From Squalus acanthias (lineage: Eukaryota): DNA of 64,000 nucleotides. How positions within the stretch are numbered: position 1 is the stretch's first letter; each line of letters starts with the position of its first letter. The position numbers and the translations under genes were made by a program. Location of the stretch: positions 49,106,001-49,170,000 of the forward strand of contig CM059432.1 in assembly GCA_030390025.1 (NCBI GenBank). Direction: 5' to 3'. The notes under the pieces were generated by a model. That model did not search any database. It saw nothing but the letters and a program-made list of their open reading frames with translations, and had not been told where the DNA came from. Shown here piece after piece: positions 39,611 through 51,679 of the stretch.

Positions 39611-40843
39611 GATTATCACTGTTTGCAGCACCTCTATGCTGTCGAACACTGACAGCACAAATGTTAAAATAAATTTGGACATGGTCCCTTTAAGGAAACC
39701 GGCTGATGACACGTCATCAAATGACATCACCAGACCCGCTTCCTCTAATTGGCCGGGAAATGCGCTGGGTGGGCTTCACAAGCCCAATCAAGGTAAATTC
39801 ATTTCACAAGGCGGGCTGGAGCCAGCTGTGGGGTCAGGACCCGCCACCGACATCACCCGCCACGGACCCACCAAGGTTAGCAAAATCGCGGCCAATAAGT
39901 TCAAAGCATGAACATTGACCACTCTCTACAACAGAGTAGAGGTGTTATTTTCATTCTCTTCACTTGCCAGAACTGAAAGCTGGAAGGGATGTATGATGGC
40001 ATTAACTCGTCTCAAAAAATAGAGTTGGATTAGTGTCTGGTTAACAATTGAACTGAAGGCCATAAGGAGTACTACAAAAAAGAATAATCATGAACCCTAT
40101 GGAACACTATGGCCACAATTTTGCTAACCTCGGCAGGAGGGAACAGAGAGATACTTTGCAAAATCTTTCCTTGTGATTGACTAAATTGGGTACAGTAAAT
40201 GTCAGGACAAATTGTGCAAGGTCTATGGAAGTAGTGAGCTCGATGGGCCAAACTGCATTTTCTTGTTAGATTCTTATGCCCTTATTAAATTTATTCCAAG
40301 GCCTTAAAACCTTTTAAGTGGGACTGTATTACACTTGTCTCCTTGGTTCTAAATATTAACCACAAAAACTATGGGGAATAGAGGAAAAGCTGGTAAACTC
40401 AGTTATTTCTACAGGTTCATATTAAAGCCTGAAAAATGAATTGTTCAAAAGCCTAATCCCAGCACTACAGATTTGATCAGTAAATCCATTGGGGGAAAAA
40501 TTGGGTGTCGCCCATTTTGAGGCGCTAATATCCCCAGGCGCAAATTTTAATGCCCGCTGCAAATTATCGCCGGCGACCGCGAAATTCGTTTCCAGCGCCC
40601 CTGGAAGTGATTGGAGCGCTAAATCAAGCGCTACACACCTCTCTTAGGGCACTAACATCGGGGAACGGGACGCTCCCTCAGAGCGCTACTGAAGCTCAGG
40701 CGATGTCAATTACTTTGTACTCAGACAGACTGGCACCATCCAGTTCTTAAAGGGGAGAGTCCATCATGCTGCACAGCCACAACCTGCTCACTGCAGCGTT
40801 TGACCTGGGCCTGCAAGGAGGTAAAAATCTTCAGCAAAGATTT

Positions 40844-42671
40844 ATGATGGATACTCAGAGGCCAAGGGAGAGAGCTCGCTGGTTTAGCAACCAGGCATTG
40901 GTGGCTCTGGTTGGCGCTGTGGAACGCCGACAGGTAGTGCTATTTCCAGACACTGGCAGGAGGCCATTGCCCCGAGAGTTTACAAGGGTGTGGAGGGAGG
41001 TTTCCCAGTACATTTCATCCAGGAGCCTGGTCCAAAGGACTTACACGCAGTGCCGCAAGAAGTTCAATGACCTCACTCGAGTGGTCAGGGTGAGTACATG
41101 CTTGAAAAACCTTTACATCCCACCATCTCAACCTCACTCTGTGCACAGATGGTGTAAATTGGCAAATCCCCAACACTCACCCAACAACTATGCCCATCTA
41201 ATAAAAGTCACATGCACATCCCACACCTTGCAGACATCAACGGCTATTCAACTATGGTAGGCACATTTGCCAAACACATGGCTGCACACTCACTTAGACG
41301 CTGTCTTTTTTCTTGCAGGCCAAGCTTTCACATAACCGGAGGGAGCAACAATGCACAGGAGAAGGACAGGTGGAGCTGTACCCCCTCACACAACTGGAGG
41401 AGCGAGTCCACAGACTTATTGCCAGTCGTGTCGTCGGCTCTGTGGCTGTTGGGAGAGGTCGACCCCCTTGGGGACAGCAACGGTATGTTCATCAGCTTTA
41501 TCTCCTCTCGCATACCACTTCCCCCTCACAACACCAGCCTTTTACACTTTCCATCTAACTATACTGTCTCCATTCCAACTCTTGTACCTTCCTGCTTTCA
41601 GATAGTGAGCCATCAGCTGACCAGCCTGTCCCTCAGCCTTCCAGTGGCAGCGACGCGGGAGAAGAGGAGGAAGACGAAGCTCACGCCTCACCGCCTGCGT
41701 CTCCCGAGGGCGAGACATCCGATACTGGGGCCACGCGTTCACTGGAGGGGAGCAGGGGGTTTGGATCTGACCATGGGTGAAGCTCCGGGACCCAGCGGGC
41801 TGCAGTAACACCATGGGGGAAGGGAGGCTCAGGGGCCATCTCCCCGGAGGGTGAGTGCGTGCACGAGTTCTGCTGCACAGGACTCAGATGAGGACCTCGA
41901 TATAGCGGCCATGAATACTCAGGCTATGACCATGCCTATGGAGCTCATCGGTGCAATGACAAGGGTGCCCGACAGCATGGATGCACTGGCTAGGAGCGTG
42001 GAGGAATCCACCGCCAGCACAGCTGTCATCTGTGCGCAAACCCTTGAACCCATCCTTGCCTCGATGCAGAGGATGGTTGACTTGCAGAGAGACCGTGGGG
42101 ACCCAGATCCCATGCCACGTGTAATGTGTGAGGTGCCAGCATCTATTGCAGAACAGGCTGAGGCAACGCAACGGCTTAGTGCTGCAATCAAGTCAATGGT
42201 TGCTGCCATCCAGTCTCGGACTGCTCTCATGCAGTCTCAGCTTGATGTCACGCAAGCCCTGACTGCTGACATCATCGCTGGGTCACCCACTGTCCACCGG
42301 GGATTTCATGGTGCCGCAGCAGGCCAGCAATCTGTGCTCGAGCAGATTGCTCCGGATGCTGAGGTTCTGTCCCGGGGGAGTGGCAGTGTGTTGGTCGAGC
42401 AGGAAGGTGCTGTCCTCTCTCAGGATGACAGCATTCCTGCTCCGCCATTGCACTTGCCGCCCATGCAGAGTTGATGCAGTCTGCAGCCGGGCCCTTCAGG
42501 CCCAGAGCTGGTCGAGGGCGTCCTTCAAGGCCATCTGCAGTCTCTGGATCCAACACTCAGCAGCCTTCCACCAGCTTTGCTGCAGCCACTGGGGCCACAT
42601 TACGGAGGAGCAGTGGGGTGGGAAGGGGGGAAGTGTGCAGGGGATGGAGATCATCCTCGAAGGGCGAATAA
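40844..42671 (+). pseudogene. Harbinger Myb/SANT-like gene, 3 exons (40844-41089, 41319-41482, 41602-42671), disrupted
   Basis: RERARWFSNQALVALVGAVERR..VWREVSQYISSRS..RTYTQCRKKFNDLTRVVR; splice sites at positions homologous to copy A. Confidence 0.8.
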
Positions 42672-42980
42672 CTAAAAATTCTCCAACAAATGGGGAGAAT
42701 GTTTGTCCCAAAGTTGGATGTTCATGTTAATATCTTGTTCACTCTGTTAACGCTTATCTTGATGTGGTAAGAACCAGTTTTGTTTGTTAATGAATTGTGT
42801 TTGTTTGTTATTGGTTGTGCTGAATAAATAAGACACAGTTTGTCAGAAAAATAAAGTTCTTTATTGAAACTTCACAACTTTGCTCATTTGACTCATTGGA
42901 GCTTTGCCCGGCAATAGGGGCTGCAGGATGGCTGTAATGATGTGCTTGTTCATCACAAAAGCCATCTTCTCTGTCATTCA

Positions 42981-44084
42981 TCAGAAGTGGCGTCTTATCA
43001 GGCGTTCACGAACAGCCCTTGCACAGGTAACATTGAGCGCCTCCCTCCCACGTTGTTGCTGCTCCTCCTCCTCCTGAGGTGGTGCACCAATCCCTGGTGG
43101 CAATGACTGGTTCCTCATAATTGCAAGGTCGTGAAGCATGCAGCACACAACAATGAAAACCGAAACTCGATCAGGGGAGTACTGCAGGGCTCCTCCAGAG
43201 TGGTCAAGACACCGGAACCGTTGCTTCAACACGTCGATCGTCTGCTCAATGAGGTTCCTGGTGGCACTATGGCTCTCACTGTATGCGAGCTCAGCAGGAA
43301 TGTTGGGGTTATGGAGCAGTGTCATCAGTCAGGTGCAGAGTGGATAACCCTTGTCCCCGAGGAGCCAGCCACGAGGTTGACGCGGTGATTGGAACAGGTC
43401 TGGGGCACCAGTCTGGCGCAGAATGAAAGCATCGTGGCTGCTGCCAGGATAGCGGGCATTGACAGCGAGGATGCGCTGTCTGTGGTCGCAAACCAACTGG
43501 ACGTTGAGAGAATGGAAGCCTTTGCGGTTGCGGAACACCTCTGCATTTTCATGAGGAGCCAGCAATGCCACATGCGTGCAGTCAATGGCGCCCTGAACCA
43601 TGGGGAAGCCCGCTATACTAATGAAGCCACATGCGTGTTCAGGCTGTTTGTCTTGGGTCATGGGGAAAGATATGTACTCCCTTCTCCTTTTGTAGAGAGC
43701 ATTTGTGACCTCCCAAATGCAACAATGGACTGCGAATTGGGAGATATTCACAATATCCCCAGTTGAAGCTTGGAAGGAGCTGCTGGCATAGAAATTGAGA
43801 GCCACCGTCACCTTCACTGCCACCGACAGAGACTTCCTGGTCCTGAGCTGAGGCTGGGGCTCTGGTTGCAGGTGGTGGCAGAGCTCTGTGACCACCTACT
43901 TGCTGAAGTGGAGCCTTCTGAAACACTGCTCCTCTGACAGATGAATGTAGGAGAATTGCACCCGGAATACCATGGGAGGGTAAGGTCTCCTCCCTCTGGC
44001 CACGTTTGCAACTCTTTCTCTGCGCCTCTGCTGCCTCTGAAGGTGAAGCTGGAGGACGACGCCCCGTGTTAGTACAGCCCCCAT
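42981..44084 (-). pseudogene. Harbinger transposase with two in-frame stops
   Basis: ORFs 43896-44084, 43329-43895 and 42981-43325 share one frame; GAIDCTHV, HDAFI, GDKGY, IEQTI. Confidence 0.9.
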
Positions 44085-45278
44085 TTAATCTTCTAAATGT
44101 GGTAGTAATAAAGCTGACAGAAATGGGAATCTGAAAAGTGTTGCCGAGGAACAAAACTCCTTGTAGGACAGCGTTAAATGTCTCCAGACGCCTATCGCCC
44201 TCTCAACCTGCGTATGCAAAATATTTTGCCGACAGGAAAAAGCAGGAAGCGCACAACTTTAAATAGCCCTCCCCCAGCTCCCAGCCGACTGCAAAATGTC
44301 CCCCTCTACCTATCGTTCCTAGCGGCAGGTGCTAAGGCAGGGGGCAAGAATCAAGTTCCGGTCCAGGGCACTACCGGGGGCGTTGCGCGCTTCGATGACA
44401 TCATGATCTCCGGGCGCAGGAGATCGTGGCGGTAGTGTTTAGCGCCACCGCAAAGCACCAGGTCAATTTCGCGGGCGGCGCTAAAATCACCACTCTCCGG
44501 CGGTAAGTCGTTTGCGCCCCCTGGAGGTGCTAACGGGAGGCACTAACCAACCAAATTTTCCCCCCTTTGTTTCTGAGAGAATTGCTTTATCTGTTCATCA
44601 GTTTGTAGTAAACCCTATAGATAAGTGGACATAGCGTGCTTTTATTCATTTCTTTTTTCACAGCATTACGAATTCCTAGGTTAGACAGAGAAAATGGCAG
44701 CAGCAAGAGCCCCAAACTGTCCTGAGCAATCGACCTACTTCACCATAACTTCTGTACCATTTAAATTTGACCTACTCTGGATTGCAGAGCAGAGATGGTT
44801 ACAGCTCATTTCAGATAGAGCAATCTACACAAGTTTCAGGAAGCAAATATTTTATTCTCTCCCTGGTCTAGACTTAAACCCAGGACCGTAATTGGCAACT
44901 AGAGTGTGGCAGAACATATTAATAAACAGGGAGGGAGGGTTGGTTGCTCATTAGTAACAGTCATGAAGATTACTTTGAAGTAATCATTTGGTCTCAAATT
45001 CTTTACATGATCAGAAAAAATGTTGAAATTAGGATATAAGAGAATTTCTTTTGCACAGCAATAATGATATTCATAACATTTAATAGGAACATAGGCATGA
45101 ACAGGGCCACAAGAGATCATTTCGGTCCATCTGGCTGGCCCCAGATTTCAAAAACAGAATTGAAATCCTTTGCCATATTAACTTCTGAAATATCTTATTC
45201 TAGTTCTGATCTGATGCACAATCCTTGAAAGGTTATATCCATATAATCTGTCTATACTACATTACACATATATTTCTG

Positions 45279-45436
45279 AGAAGTGGCACAACACCAGGTT
45301 ATAGTCCAACAGATTTATTTAATTTTACAAGCTTTCGGAGCTGTCGCTCCTTCGTCAGGTAAGTTAGCAATGAGAGAATCTCCCAGAATTCACAATTTAA
45401 ACCCAGACAAAATCTATTCACATTATTCGCTACAAC
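45279..45436 (-). mobile_element. Penelope pLTR family 2, inverted left arm, with hammerhead motif at 45325-45362
   Basis: Reverse complement of about 47614-47771 with about 2 mismatches by eye. Confidence 0.88.
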
Positions 45437-45486
45437 TTCCCAGGTGTTTTTTTTTTTTTTTAAAAGGCTAACACAAGAACACAAAG

Positions 45487-47442
45487 GTGACTCAACCGTG
45501 GATAACAGGGGAAATTAGAGACAGCATAAAATCCAAAGATAGGGCGTATAAAATAGCCAAAAAAAGCGCCAGAGCGGAAGATTGGGAACAGTTTAAGATA
45601 GAGCAAAGGAGGACAAAGGGCTTAATCAAGAGGGGCAAAATAGCTTACGAAAGCAAGCTGGCGGAAAATATAAAAACTAACTCCAAAAGCTTTTATAAGT
45701 ATATCAAGAGGAAAAGACTGGTGAAAACCAAAGTTGGCCCATTGCAGTCAGATACGGGGGAATATATAACGGGAAATAAAGAAATGGCAGACCAACAAAA
45801 TGCATACTTTGGGTCAGTCTTTACGAAGGAAGACACAAAAAACCTCCCTGGGATATCGGGAAAAATTGGGACATTTGCAAAGGAGGAACTGACGCAAGTC
45901 AATATCTCTAAGGATATGGTGTTAAGGAAGCTAAAGGGATTGAAGGCGGACAAATCCCCAGGGCCTGATAACATGCATCCTAGGGTGCTGAAGGAGGTGG
46001 CCCTAGAGATAGCGGATGCACTAAGTATGATTTTTCAGAATTCATTAGACTCGGGAACAGTGCCCATGGATTGGAGGGTAGCTAACGTTACCCCACTATT
46101 CAAAAAGGGGAGTAGGGAAAAAGCAGGTAATTACAGACCTGTAAGCCTTACATCAGTTGTGGGCAAAATGCTGGAGTCCATCATTAAGGATGAAATAGCG
46201 GAGCACTTAGCAAATGGGGACAGGATAGGACAGAGTCAACATGGATTTACAAAGGGTAAATCGTGCTTGACTAATCTATTGGAATTTTTTGAGGGAGTAA
46301 CTGGTAAAATAGATGGGGGAGAGCCAGTAGATGTGGTGTACCTGGACTTCCAAAAGGCCTTCGATAAGGTCCCACATAAAAGATTAGCAGGGAAAATTGA
46401 AGCTCATGGGATAAAGGGGAAAGTATTGACGTGGATAGAGAACTGGCTGTCAGATAGAAAACAGAGAGTTGGAATAAACGGCTCATTTTCTGAATGGCAG
46501 GCAGTAACAAGTGGGGTACCACAGGGATCTGTCCTGGGTCCCCAGCTGTTCACAATTTACATTAATGACCTGGATCAGGGAGTCGGATGCAGCATTTCCA
46601 AATTTGCAGACGACACTAAACTAGGAGGGGGGGTGGGCTCAGAGGAGGAGACCAGGAAGCTCCAGAGCGATTTGGACAGACTGGGTGATTGGGCGGATAA
46701 ATGGCAGATGCACTATAATGTGGACAAGTGCGAAGTTATCCACCTTGGGTGCAGGAACGGGAGGGCAAATTATTATTTAAATGGCAATAAATTGGGAGAG
46801 GGGGAAGTACAGAGAGACCTGGGTGTTCTTGTACACCAGTCACTGAAGGCGAGCATGCAGGTGCAACAGGCGATCAAGAAGGCAAACGGTATGCTGGCCT
46901 TCATAGCAAAAGGGTTGGAATACAGGAACAGGGATACCTTGCTGCAGCTGTACAGGGCACTGGTGAGACCACACCTCGAGTACTGTGTACAGTTTTGGTC
47001 GCCTCATCTGAGGAAAGATGTTCTTGCCATGGAGGGGGTGCAGCGGCGATTCACCAGGCTGATACCAGGAATGGCGGGATTGACCTATGAGGAGAGACTA
47101 TGTAGTTTAGGTATGTACACACTGGAGTTTAGAAGATTGAGAGGGGACCTCATAGAAGTGTATAAAATTCTGACAGGTCTAGACAGACTAGATGCAGAAG
47201 GGATGTTTCCCTTGGCGGGTGAGAACAGAACTAGAGGACATAATTTAAGGATAAGGGCTAAACCATTTAGGACAGAAATGAGGGGGAATTTCTTCACTCA
47301 GAGGGTGGTGAACCTGTGGAACTCATTGCCACAGAGGGCAGTGTACGCCAGCTCATTAAATATATTTAAGAGGGAATTAGATATATTTCTACAGGCAAAA
47401 GGGGTTAAGGGTTACGGAGAGAAGGCGGGGACGGGATACTGA
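45487..47442 (+). CDS. CR1 ORF2 reverse transcriptase, 5'-truncated (no APE), uninterrupted 651 codons
   Basis: [51 protein letters not shown]; 3' UTR and (CTATGTAT)n tail to about 47541. No native start; the ORF begins at a GTG. Confidence 0.9.
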   Translation: MTQPWITGEIRDSIKSKDRAYKIAKKSARAEDWEQFKIEQRRTKGLIKRGKIAYESKLAENIKTNSKSFYKYIKRKRLVKTKVGPLQSDTGEYITGNKEMADQQNAYFGSVFTKEDTKNLPGISGKIGTFAKEELTQVNISKDMVLRKLKGLKADKSPGPDNMHPRVLKEVALEIADALSMIFQNSLDSGTVPMDWRVANVTPLFKKGSREKAGNYRPVSLTSVVGKMLESIIKDEIAEHLANGDRIGQSQHGFTKGKSCLTNLLEFFEGVTGKIDGGEPVDVVYLDFQKAFDKVPHKRLAGKIEAHGIKGKVLTWIENWLSDRKQRVGINGSFSEWQAVTSGVPQGSVLGPQLFTIYINDLDQGVGCSISKFADDTKLGGGVGSEEETRKLQSDLDRLGDWADKWQMHYNVDKCEVIHLGCRNGRANYYLNGNKLGEGEVQRDLGVLVHQSLKASMQVQQAIKKANGMLAFIAKGLEYRNRDTLLQLYRALVRPHLEYCVQFWSPHLRKDVLAMEGVQRRFTRLIPGMAGLTYEERLCSLGMYTLEFRRLRGDLIEVYKILTGLDRLDAEGMFPLAGENRTRGHNLRIRAKPFRTEMRGNFFTQRVVNLWNSLPQRAVYASSLNIFKRELDIFLQAKGVKGYGEKAGTGY

Positions 47443-47541
47443 ATTGGAGGATCAGCCATGATCTCATTAAATGGCGGAGCAGGCTCGAAGGGCCGGATGG
47501 CCTACTCCTGCTCCTATCTTCTATGTATCTATGTATCTATG

Positions 47542-47815
47542 ATATGCAGCCAGCAGGTGGTTTGACACGTTGGACCTCCTGGGACACATCTCATTGTCTT
47601 GGCTGTGCTCTTTGTTGTAGCAAATAATGTGAATAGATTTTGTCTGGGTTTAAATTGTGAATTCTGGGAGATTCTCTCATTGCTAACTTACCTGACGAAG
47701 GAGCGACAGCTCCGAAAGCTTGTAAAATTAAATAAATCTGTTGGACTATAACCTGGTGTTGTGCGACTTCTCATTTTTGTCCACCCCAGTCCAACGCCGG
47801 CATCTCCACATCATG
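47542..47815 (+). mobile_element. Penelope pLTR family 2, right arm with ~40-bp tail
   Basis: Ends AATAAATCTGTTGGACTATAACCTGGTGTTGTG..CCCCAGTCCAACGCCGGCATCTCCACATCATG, followed by the TSD. Confidence 0.85.
47688..47725 (+). ncRNA. Minimal hammerhead ribozyme motif, family 2
   Basis: TTAC-CTGACGA-A-GGAGC-GACA-GCTCC-GAAA-GC-TT-GTAA. Confidence 0.85.
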
Positions 47816-47870
47816 ACATATATTTCTGCCAGTGCACAGAAAGAATTAAAGAAAAACTTGCATTTATATA

Positions 47871-48132
47871 CAGTAAACTCTTTCTTATCCGGAACCTACG
47901 GGACCAGGATGGTGCCGGTTGATGAAAAATTCTGGATAACAGAGAGGTATACCTACCAAGGCAATTTTTAACACAAACAAAAATAAAAACCACTGACTAA
48001 CTCGGCCACCGCGGGAGACCTGGACTCGGCAAAACGAGTGCTGGATGGATTCGGCAAGATTACCGGTTATCTATTTTGCCGGTTATTAAAGTATTCCGGA
48101 TGATTAAGTGCCATTTAAACAAGAGTTTACTG
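47871..48132. mobile_element. Tc1/mariner (pogo/Tigger-like) MITE inserted in a Deu-SINE fragment (47838-48342, minus strand)
   Basis: TIR CAGTAAACTCT / AGAGTTTACTG, TA TSD. Host SINE sequence TTGCATTTATA|TAGTGCCTTTCAC resumes across it. Confidence 0.85.
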
Positions 48133-49679
48133 TAGTGCCTTTCACAACCTTAGGACATCCCAAGGCGCTTTACGGCCAATTAAGTACTTTTTTGAAGTGT
48201 TTAATCTCGCTGTAGTCACTGTTGTCATGTAAGACACATGGCAGCCAATGCACGCACAGCAAGGTCCAACAAACAGCAGTGTGATAATGTCCAGATAATC
48301 TATTTTTAGGTGTTGGTTGAGGAATAAATAGTGGCCAGGACACCCCTATGTTAATAACTTCAGATCCATGACTAAATTAGTCTGAAAAACTGGAAAGAAT
48401 TTGCATTAGATCACAGGGGATTGATAACAATGATGTGATCAGTTAACACAGCACTGATAAACCCCTTGGCTATTCAGTAATTAGACATTCACTAAAATCT
48501 CTCATTCTGTTTCTTTCTTTTCAAATAAATTTAATTTCAATAACAAACAAAAAAGTATATGTAAATCAGGCACTGTATTTGTGATGTACTGCCATGTTCT
48601 GTTCTATAACATAATCACATTGTGCCAAGTGCTAGCATGAAAACAAAACTGATGACAAACTGCAGTGGACCTCCTTGCTGCTCAAGCAGTAGGACACAAC
48701 AAAAGCCTTTATTGGAAAATCCATCGCTCCAAAACGACTGCCTCTTAGCCGCTCTCACTGCATGCTCAATAAGCCTCAAAGTTACAACTGATGTTAGCAA
48801 TGTCTGCCACATACATATTAAGTTAGAATTTGCATATTTATTTCTTGTGCAGTGCAGGTGAGGAAAATATAATCCTACCACTTTATGCTTTGCAAAAAGC
48901 TTTTATTGCCACTGATGTAGAAAATTGAGAGCAGTTTTCATAAGGAATTGTGCATAAATGTAGTGCAATTAATTTCTTACCCTCTTAGACGCTACCTTTA
49001 ACCAGAAAGTGTTATTTGATTTGGTTGGAATAATTGCCTGTTTCTAGTGGTTGTACAGACGACAGCCTATAGGCATCTGCTTTAAGGAAAATAGTTCAGA
49101 TGCTAGTGAAGGCTGGAACCTATCTCCCATTTTTACCAAAGCTCCAGATCTTCTGCTTGTAAGACTTATTGAAATATTATACCTTCATATATCCTTAATT
49201 TCTGTCTTCATTGTTCATTGTAAATTAGGTCCCAGCACATTACCACCAGGTAGAATTTACTGATGATTCCTCTGTCCACTGAGTCCCTCCAGGCTTCCCA
49301 GGGAGTCTCTAGGTATTGCTGTTTGTTTACTTTTATCCTCTAATTCATATTAGCAGTTCACCATAAATGCAAGTTAATGAGTTATGTTCAAGCAAATTAC
49401 AATCTCATTTCCTTTTTATTTAGCTACATAGGCTATATTGATTTTGTGCCTCCAAAAATCAAAAGCAACACCTCTGCAACAAACACATGAAATTCCCGTT
49501 TGCTGTTTTAGTGAGTGTCTTAAACCAGTTTTGTTAAAATAGTGGACAAAGGAATTTCATATGAATGAGCTAACTCGCTTATTATTAATATCGCACACTG
49601 CTATTCTAGCCTTTTTTTCCCCTTCGTGTAATGAATATTTTGATAAATTCAGTTTACCACTTGTTGACTGTAGGTTCCA

Positions 49680-50055
49680 GTTGGACTCCAGCATTTAAAC
49701 ACATATTCTAGGCTGACACCTCAGTTTAGTGCTGAAGAAAACATTTTCCCTCTTTTGGATGAAATGTTAAACTGAGGTCCTAGCTGCCTGTTCAGGCAGA
49801 TGTTAGAAATTCCATGGCATTATTTGAAGAACAGTAGGGAGTTCTCAAAGTGTCCAAGCCAACATTATTCCTTCAACCAACACTGTCAAAACAGATTAAC
49901 TGGTCGTTCATTTCATTGCTGTTTGAAATATTTTTTTGCGTGCAAAGAGTTCCAAATTTGCCAACATGACAACAGATACTGCATTTCAAGGTAAGTCATT
50001 CAACGTGAAACGCTTTGAGATGTTTCTGAAATTTGTCAAGATGCTACATAAATGC
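49680..50055 (+). mobile_element. Old Deu-SINE
   Basis: CTAGGCTGACAC..GGATGAAATGTTAAACTGAGG..TACATAAATGCA, colinear with the reverse complement of 33262-33695. Confidence 0.65.
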
Positions 50056-50377
50056 ATATATATCAAAATCTGATAGACCCATTGTCAATATATTCCCTGC
50101 ACGATTTCTCCTGGTCTCAGTGACTGGTCCCAAGATAACAGTTATGCATGTACTTGATAATGTAGGACACAGTGTGAGTGGAAGAACATTAATTGATGAA
50201 GGTAATAAAGAAAAGTAAACAGAGAATACACCTTTTTGTAGCTTAATTTCTGCAAAAAATATGAGAAGTTACTATTTAACATAATCCTTTCATACCAGTC
50301 AGTTATTGTGATTATACTTTGTGATCAACAATTTTTTTGCCATTTTAAAAGGTCTGCGCGCTTTAATCATATCCGTC

Positions 50378-50725
50378 ATAAGAACGTAAGAATTAGGAGC
50401 AGGAGTAGGCCATACGGCCCCTCGAGCCTGCTCCGACATTCAATAAGATCATGGCTGATCATTGACCTCAACTCCACTTTTCTGCCCGATCTCCATATTC
50501 CTTGATTCCCCTAGAGTCCAAAAATCTATCTATCTCAGCCTTAAATATACTCAATGACTCAACATCCACAGCCCTCTGGGGTAGAGAATTTCAAAGATTT
50601 ACAACCCGCTGAGTGAAGAAATTCCTCATCATCTCAGTCTTAAATGGCCGATCCCTTATCCTAAGACTATGCCCCCTAGCTCTAGACACTCCAGCCAGGG
50701 GAAACAACCTCTCAGCATCTACCCA
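50378..50725 (-). mobile_element. CR1 3' end fragment
   Basis: Near copy of 37335-37680. Confidence 0.9.
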
Positions 50726-50934
50726 TGTCTATTGTGGTAGACTATAAGCTCAAGCATTGGTCTTCCCTTATTACTATGTCTATCCCAGCAGTTAAAATTT
50801 AAAGCCCAGAACCTGTGAATTGCAGAAGTGTAAGTCGGCTGTAATTCCAGAGGGAGTTGGGCCATAATTTTGGACGGAACCCATAGCCACAGGGTTTCCG
50901 CCCTATTGAGAAATTCAAATGAAATATGGGTGCT

Positions 50935-51659
50935 TGTTATGGGAATTTCAGGATATTGACCCCGTGGCAATGAAGGAACAGTGATATATGTTCAAGTGAG
51001 GATGGTGTGTGTCTTGCAGATGATGGTGTTCCCACCACAATGCTGCTCTTTTTCTTCTTGCTGGTGGAGGTTGAAGGGGATGGATATACTGTCGAGGTGA
51101 CCTTGGTGAGTTGTTGCTGTGCATCTTGTAGACATTACATAATGCAGCAACTGTGGATCAGTTACGAAGAAGGCTGATCAAGTAAACTGCTCTGTCTTCG
51201 ATGGTCTCGAATTTCTTGTGGCTGCATCCATTCCGACATGTGGTGAGTATTCAATTGCATTCCTGACCTGGGCTTTGTAGATTGTGGAGAGGCTTTGAGA
51301 GGTCAAGGAGTGAGCCACTCGTCACAGAGTACCCATCCTCTGCCCTGATCTTGCAGCCATGGTGTTAATATGCCTGGTCCAGTTATATTTCTGGTCTATA
51401 ATGTCCTCTAAAATGTTGATGGTGGGGGCTCAGTAATAGTGGTGCTGTTGAAGGTTAAAAGTAGTTGGCTGGGATTTCTCTTGTTTGAAATAGTCATTAC
51501 CTGCCAATTGTCAGGCGAAGCTGGATGTTTTCCAGGTTCTGCTGTAGACTGACATGGGCTGCATCATTACTGGATAAGTTGTGAATAGAGCTGAACACCG
51601 TGGAATCGTCAGTGAACAGCCCCACTCCTGACTTTATGAAGGAAGAAAGGTGATTGATG
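50935..51659 (-). mobile_element. Old copy of the second LINE family; continues at 54683-54820
   Basis: VGLFTDDSTVF peptide; the frame resumes after the Penelope insertion (GDPQGRVLGSTIF). Confidence 0.75.
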
Positions 51660-51679
51660 TGGACTGTGCCCCCCCCTTT

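Larger units (their letters stand above)
40491..44565. mobile_element. PIF/Harbinger DNA transposon, near full length (copy B)
   Basis: TIRs GGGGGAAAAATTGG / CCAAATTTTCCCCCC; same two-gene layout as copy A. Confidence 0.93.
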
